Below, in pieces: positions 61,433-64,000 of a stretch of DNA of 64,000 bases. This stretch comes from Adineta vaga (taxonomy: Eukaryota; Animalia; Rotifera), in the NCBI GenBank assembly GCA_021613535.1, contig CP075492.1, positions 1,798,001-1,862,000 on the forward strand, given 5' to 3'. Under the pieces are notes generated by a model, which was not told the DNA's origin, did no database searches, and saw only the letters and a program-made list of their open reading frames with translations. The first letter of the stretch is position 1. Every line of letters begins with the position of its first letter. Made by a program: the position numbers and the translations under genes.

Positions 61433-61465
61433 TCGAGGGACTATGGTTATCACTCTCACCCTCAA
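61433..61465. repeat. Telomere-like hairpin element (short)
   Basis: TCGAGGG ... CTCTCACCCTCAA(GATAG). Confidence 0.6.
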
Positions 61466-61789
61466 GATAGTTTACTAAAAATCCATTAAAACAGTTCTAA
61501 ACAGGCTGACATGTAAAAAAGGCTTTTTTGACTGAAGCCGAAGTGAGTGTGGCTGTGGATATTCATATCTTCTTCAATATTTTCTTTTTCATCAAGTCAA
61601 ATAATTAAAAAAAATTTTCTCTAATTTTCTTCGATGTTTTTGTTTCGATTGTTATGAAAAACTTTGTAAAAAACAAAAACAAATCTTATTATTCTTATCA
61701 ATCGTATTAATTTCATTCTTCCTTTTATTCTTATCAAATAAATTAAATCAATATAATCATATAGATTTCATTGAAATTCAAAAGAGAAT

Positions 61790-63196
61790 ATGAAATCTAA
61801 CGATAAAACAATGATCGAAATGGATATAACAACAATTAAAACACAAAAACGTTCAAAATCAAATGTTAAAAGCATTTGTCATATACTATTGATATTACAT
61901 CTTCTTATATGTTTTATAATAGGTTTAATTTTATGTTTTCCTAAAAAATCAGATGATAATTCAAAAGAAGAATTTCAACAAAATTTAACTCTATTACAAA
62001 AACGTCCTATTGAATTTGTTTCAAATATTTCTTGGTTAAAACGAGCACAAACTGTAGCTGGTGGATATGGACAAGGAAATGAAATCAATCAATTATCGGA
62101 ACCTAATGATATGTTTGTTGATAAAATGAATAATATTTATATTGCTGATTCATTAAATCATCGAATAATTAAATGGAATGAATATTTATATAAAAGTTTT
62201 ACTATAGCTGGTGGAAATGGAAAAGGTAATGAAACAAATCAATTGAATTATCCAACAGCATTATTTATTGATAATGAAGAAAATATTTATATTTTTGATA
62301 ATGGAAATAATCGTATTATTAAATGGAATATTAATAGGAACGATAGAATAATTATAATTGAACAAATCTATAATTGTTCAAGTATTTTTGTTGATCAAAA
62401 ATTAAATATTTATCTTTCAGAAATTTCAAATCATCGTATTAGAAAATGGTTAAAAGATAGTCGATTAGGACAAACAATTATTAGAACAAATTCACCAAAT
62501 GGAATTTATGTTCATGAAAAAACTGGGGATATTTATGTGGCAAGTTATTTAGATAATTCTGTTAAACAATTTACAGAAAATGGTTTATTTATTCGTCAAA
62601 TAGGAAATAATATTCTTAAAGGTCCATTAAGTCTTATTATTCATGATGATAATTTATTAAAAAGAGTTTATATATTTATTGTTGATAGTGAACATCATCG
62701 AATATTACAAATACAAATTGATAATCCATTGAATATAAAAACAATAGCAGGAATTAATAATGAATCAGGTAATGATCAATATCATTTAAATAAACCAATA
62801 AAAATTCAATTTGATTCAAATTATAATTTATTAATACTCGATTCAAATAATCATCGAATTCAAAAATTTTCAATAATAAACAATAATTATCATAATCCAT
62901 CATATTTAACATCATCAATGAAATCTACAACACTTTCAACATCAGTTAATGTACAACAATCAAATTATCAAAAAATATCGAATAATGATGGTGATGATGA
63001 TCATCATCATCATCTTTCAAATGAAAAACATTCGCCAATTGATGATACATTTGTTCCTCAACCTAACTTTGATTATAATCGACAATCTTTCGATATTAAT
63101 AGATATCAAAGTAATATTCATAATACTTGGCATGATTCTTCTATTCATCAAGCAAAACCTTCATCTTTTAGAAAATCTTCTTTTCGTAAAGGATAA
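61790..63196 (+). CDS. Type II membrane NHL-repeat protein
   Basis: N-terminal TM; NHL repeats (VAGGYGQG, YIADSLNHRI, LILDSNNHRIQKF). Confidence 0.9.
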   Translation: MKSNDKTMIEMDITTIKTQKRSKSNVKSICHILLILHLLICFIIGLILCFPKKSDDNSKEEFQQNLTLLQKRPIEFVSNISWLKRAQTVAGGYGQGNEINQLSEPNDMFVDKMNNIYIADSLNHRIIKWNEYLYKSFTIAGGNGKGNETNQLNYPTALFIDNEENIYIFDNGNNRIIKWNINRNDRIIIIEQIYNCSSIFVDQKLNIYLSEISNHRIRKWLKDSRLGQTIIRTNSPNGIYVHEKTGDIYVASYLDNSVKQFTENGLFIRQIGNNILKGPLSLIIHDDNLLKRVYIFIVDSEHHRILQIQIDNPLNIKTIAGINNESGNDQYHLNKPIKIQFDSNYNLLILDSNNHRIQKFSIINNNYHNPSYLTSSMKSTTLSTSVNVQQSNYQKISNNDGDDDHHHHLSNEKHSPIDDTFVPQPNFDYNRQSFDINRYQSNIHNTWHDSSIHQAKPSSFRKSSFRKG

Positions 63197-63359
63197 ATCA
63201 TTCAATTTAATATATTTTTCATTGATAAAATTAAATAAAACGATCAAGTAATAAATAGAGAAAATTTCTTTCTTTTTCTTCTTCTTTAAATTCATCAAAA
63301 AGAAAATCGAACAGATCCTATGTGAAAAACAAAAAATCATTCTAATAATATGTCATATT

Positions 63360-64000
63360 TCATTTCTTTTTATATTTTTCTTCAAATGTAATTTCGTCTC
63401 GATAAGAATCCAGATATTTAATATTCATTTGATTTGGAAAGACTTTCTGAATCTCGAAAAACGTTGAACTTAATGATTGTTTCCATGACCAAAGTTCTAC
63501 ATTCCAACCTCTTGTCAATACTGTCTCTACAACAATCGGAAAACTCGTTTGATTCTGATTTCGATTTCTATCACCTGTAACCAAAACAAGAGTTCGTCCT
63601 CTATTTGTAATTGCGGTCTCATTATAACCAAGAAGTTTATGAAAGATTTGTGCGTGTAACATATCATCTAGATGACTTTCCTAGAAAAATTTGCTTTAAT
63701 ACGATAAGTATTGAGAATATAAAAAGCACTATAACTTACTTTGCCCGTTATTGATCGTTCTCCAATTTTACATGTATAACCACAAGATTCCCATTCTTCC
63801 CAAACACGTGGAGTTTTTGGTGGTTCACTTCCACCAACAAGACGTGTTTTTATATCTATTTTTACTTTACCTCTTTCAAGTTCGTTTGCAAGCTTGGCAT
63901 TATTTACACGAATAGCTGGATTGATTTTATATGATTTTGTTTCTTTATCATAAATCGTTTGAGCACCAATAAACACATTTGAATTATCGACAATAATATA
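63360..64000 (-). CDS. NYN/PIN-like nuclease domain protein (5' end off the window; intron about 63683-63739)
   Basis: YIIVDNSNVFIG, GSEPP, DDMLHAQI, LVLVTGD and GWNVELWSW motifs. Confidence 0.8.

Noticed and set aside
1021-61465. CRISPR array or true bacterial integron interpretation of the repeated hairpins
   Set aside because: Copies are kilobases apart, the DNA is eukaryotic with spliceosomal introns, and no cas or tyrosine integrase gene is in the window.

Overview
AT-rich, intron-containing eukaryotic genomic DNA. The gene set (NHL, FG-GAP, TPR and F-box/LRR proteins, R-S-E ADP-ribosyltransferases, orphan GPCRs, very short GT-AG introns, TGTGGG/TGAGGG repeats) points to a bdelloid rotifer; this is an inference. 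The window holds about 20 genes plus several pseudogene fragments. It also has an intact env-bearing Ty3/Gypsy LTR retrotransposon (28379-36867; identical 170-bp LTRs, CATAG TSD, -1 frameshift signal) that splits a host gene, three hAT-type MITEs with 8-bp TSDs, and a GC-rich intronless transglutaminase-elicitor/CUB gene that looks recently transferred. The most striking unexplained structure is a family of about 20 short hairpins, (C)TTGAGGGTGTGGGTG-unique spacer-CACCCACACCCTCAA, built from head-to-head telomere-like repeats. They fall roughly one per intergenic interval, and several sit at the edges of broken gene fragments and at the start of a local duplication. This suggests a cassette-like boundary or rearrangement system. 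Exon coordinates were read by eye and may be off by a few bases.
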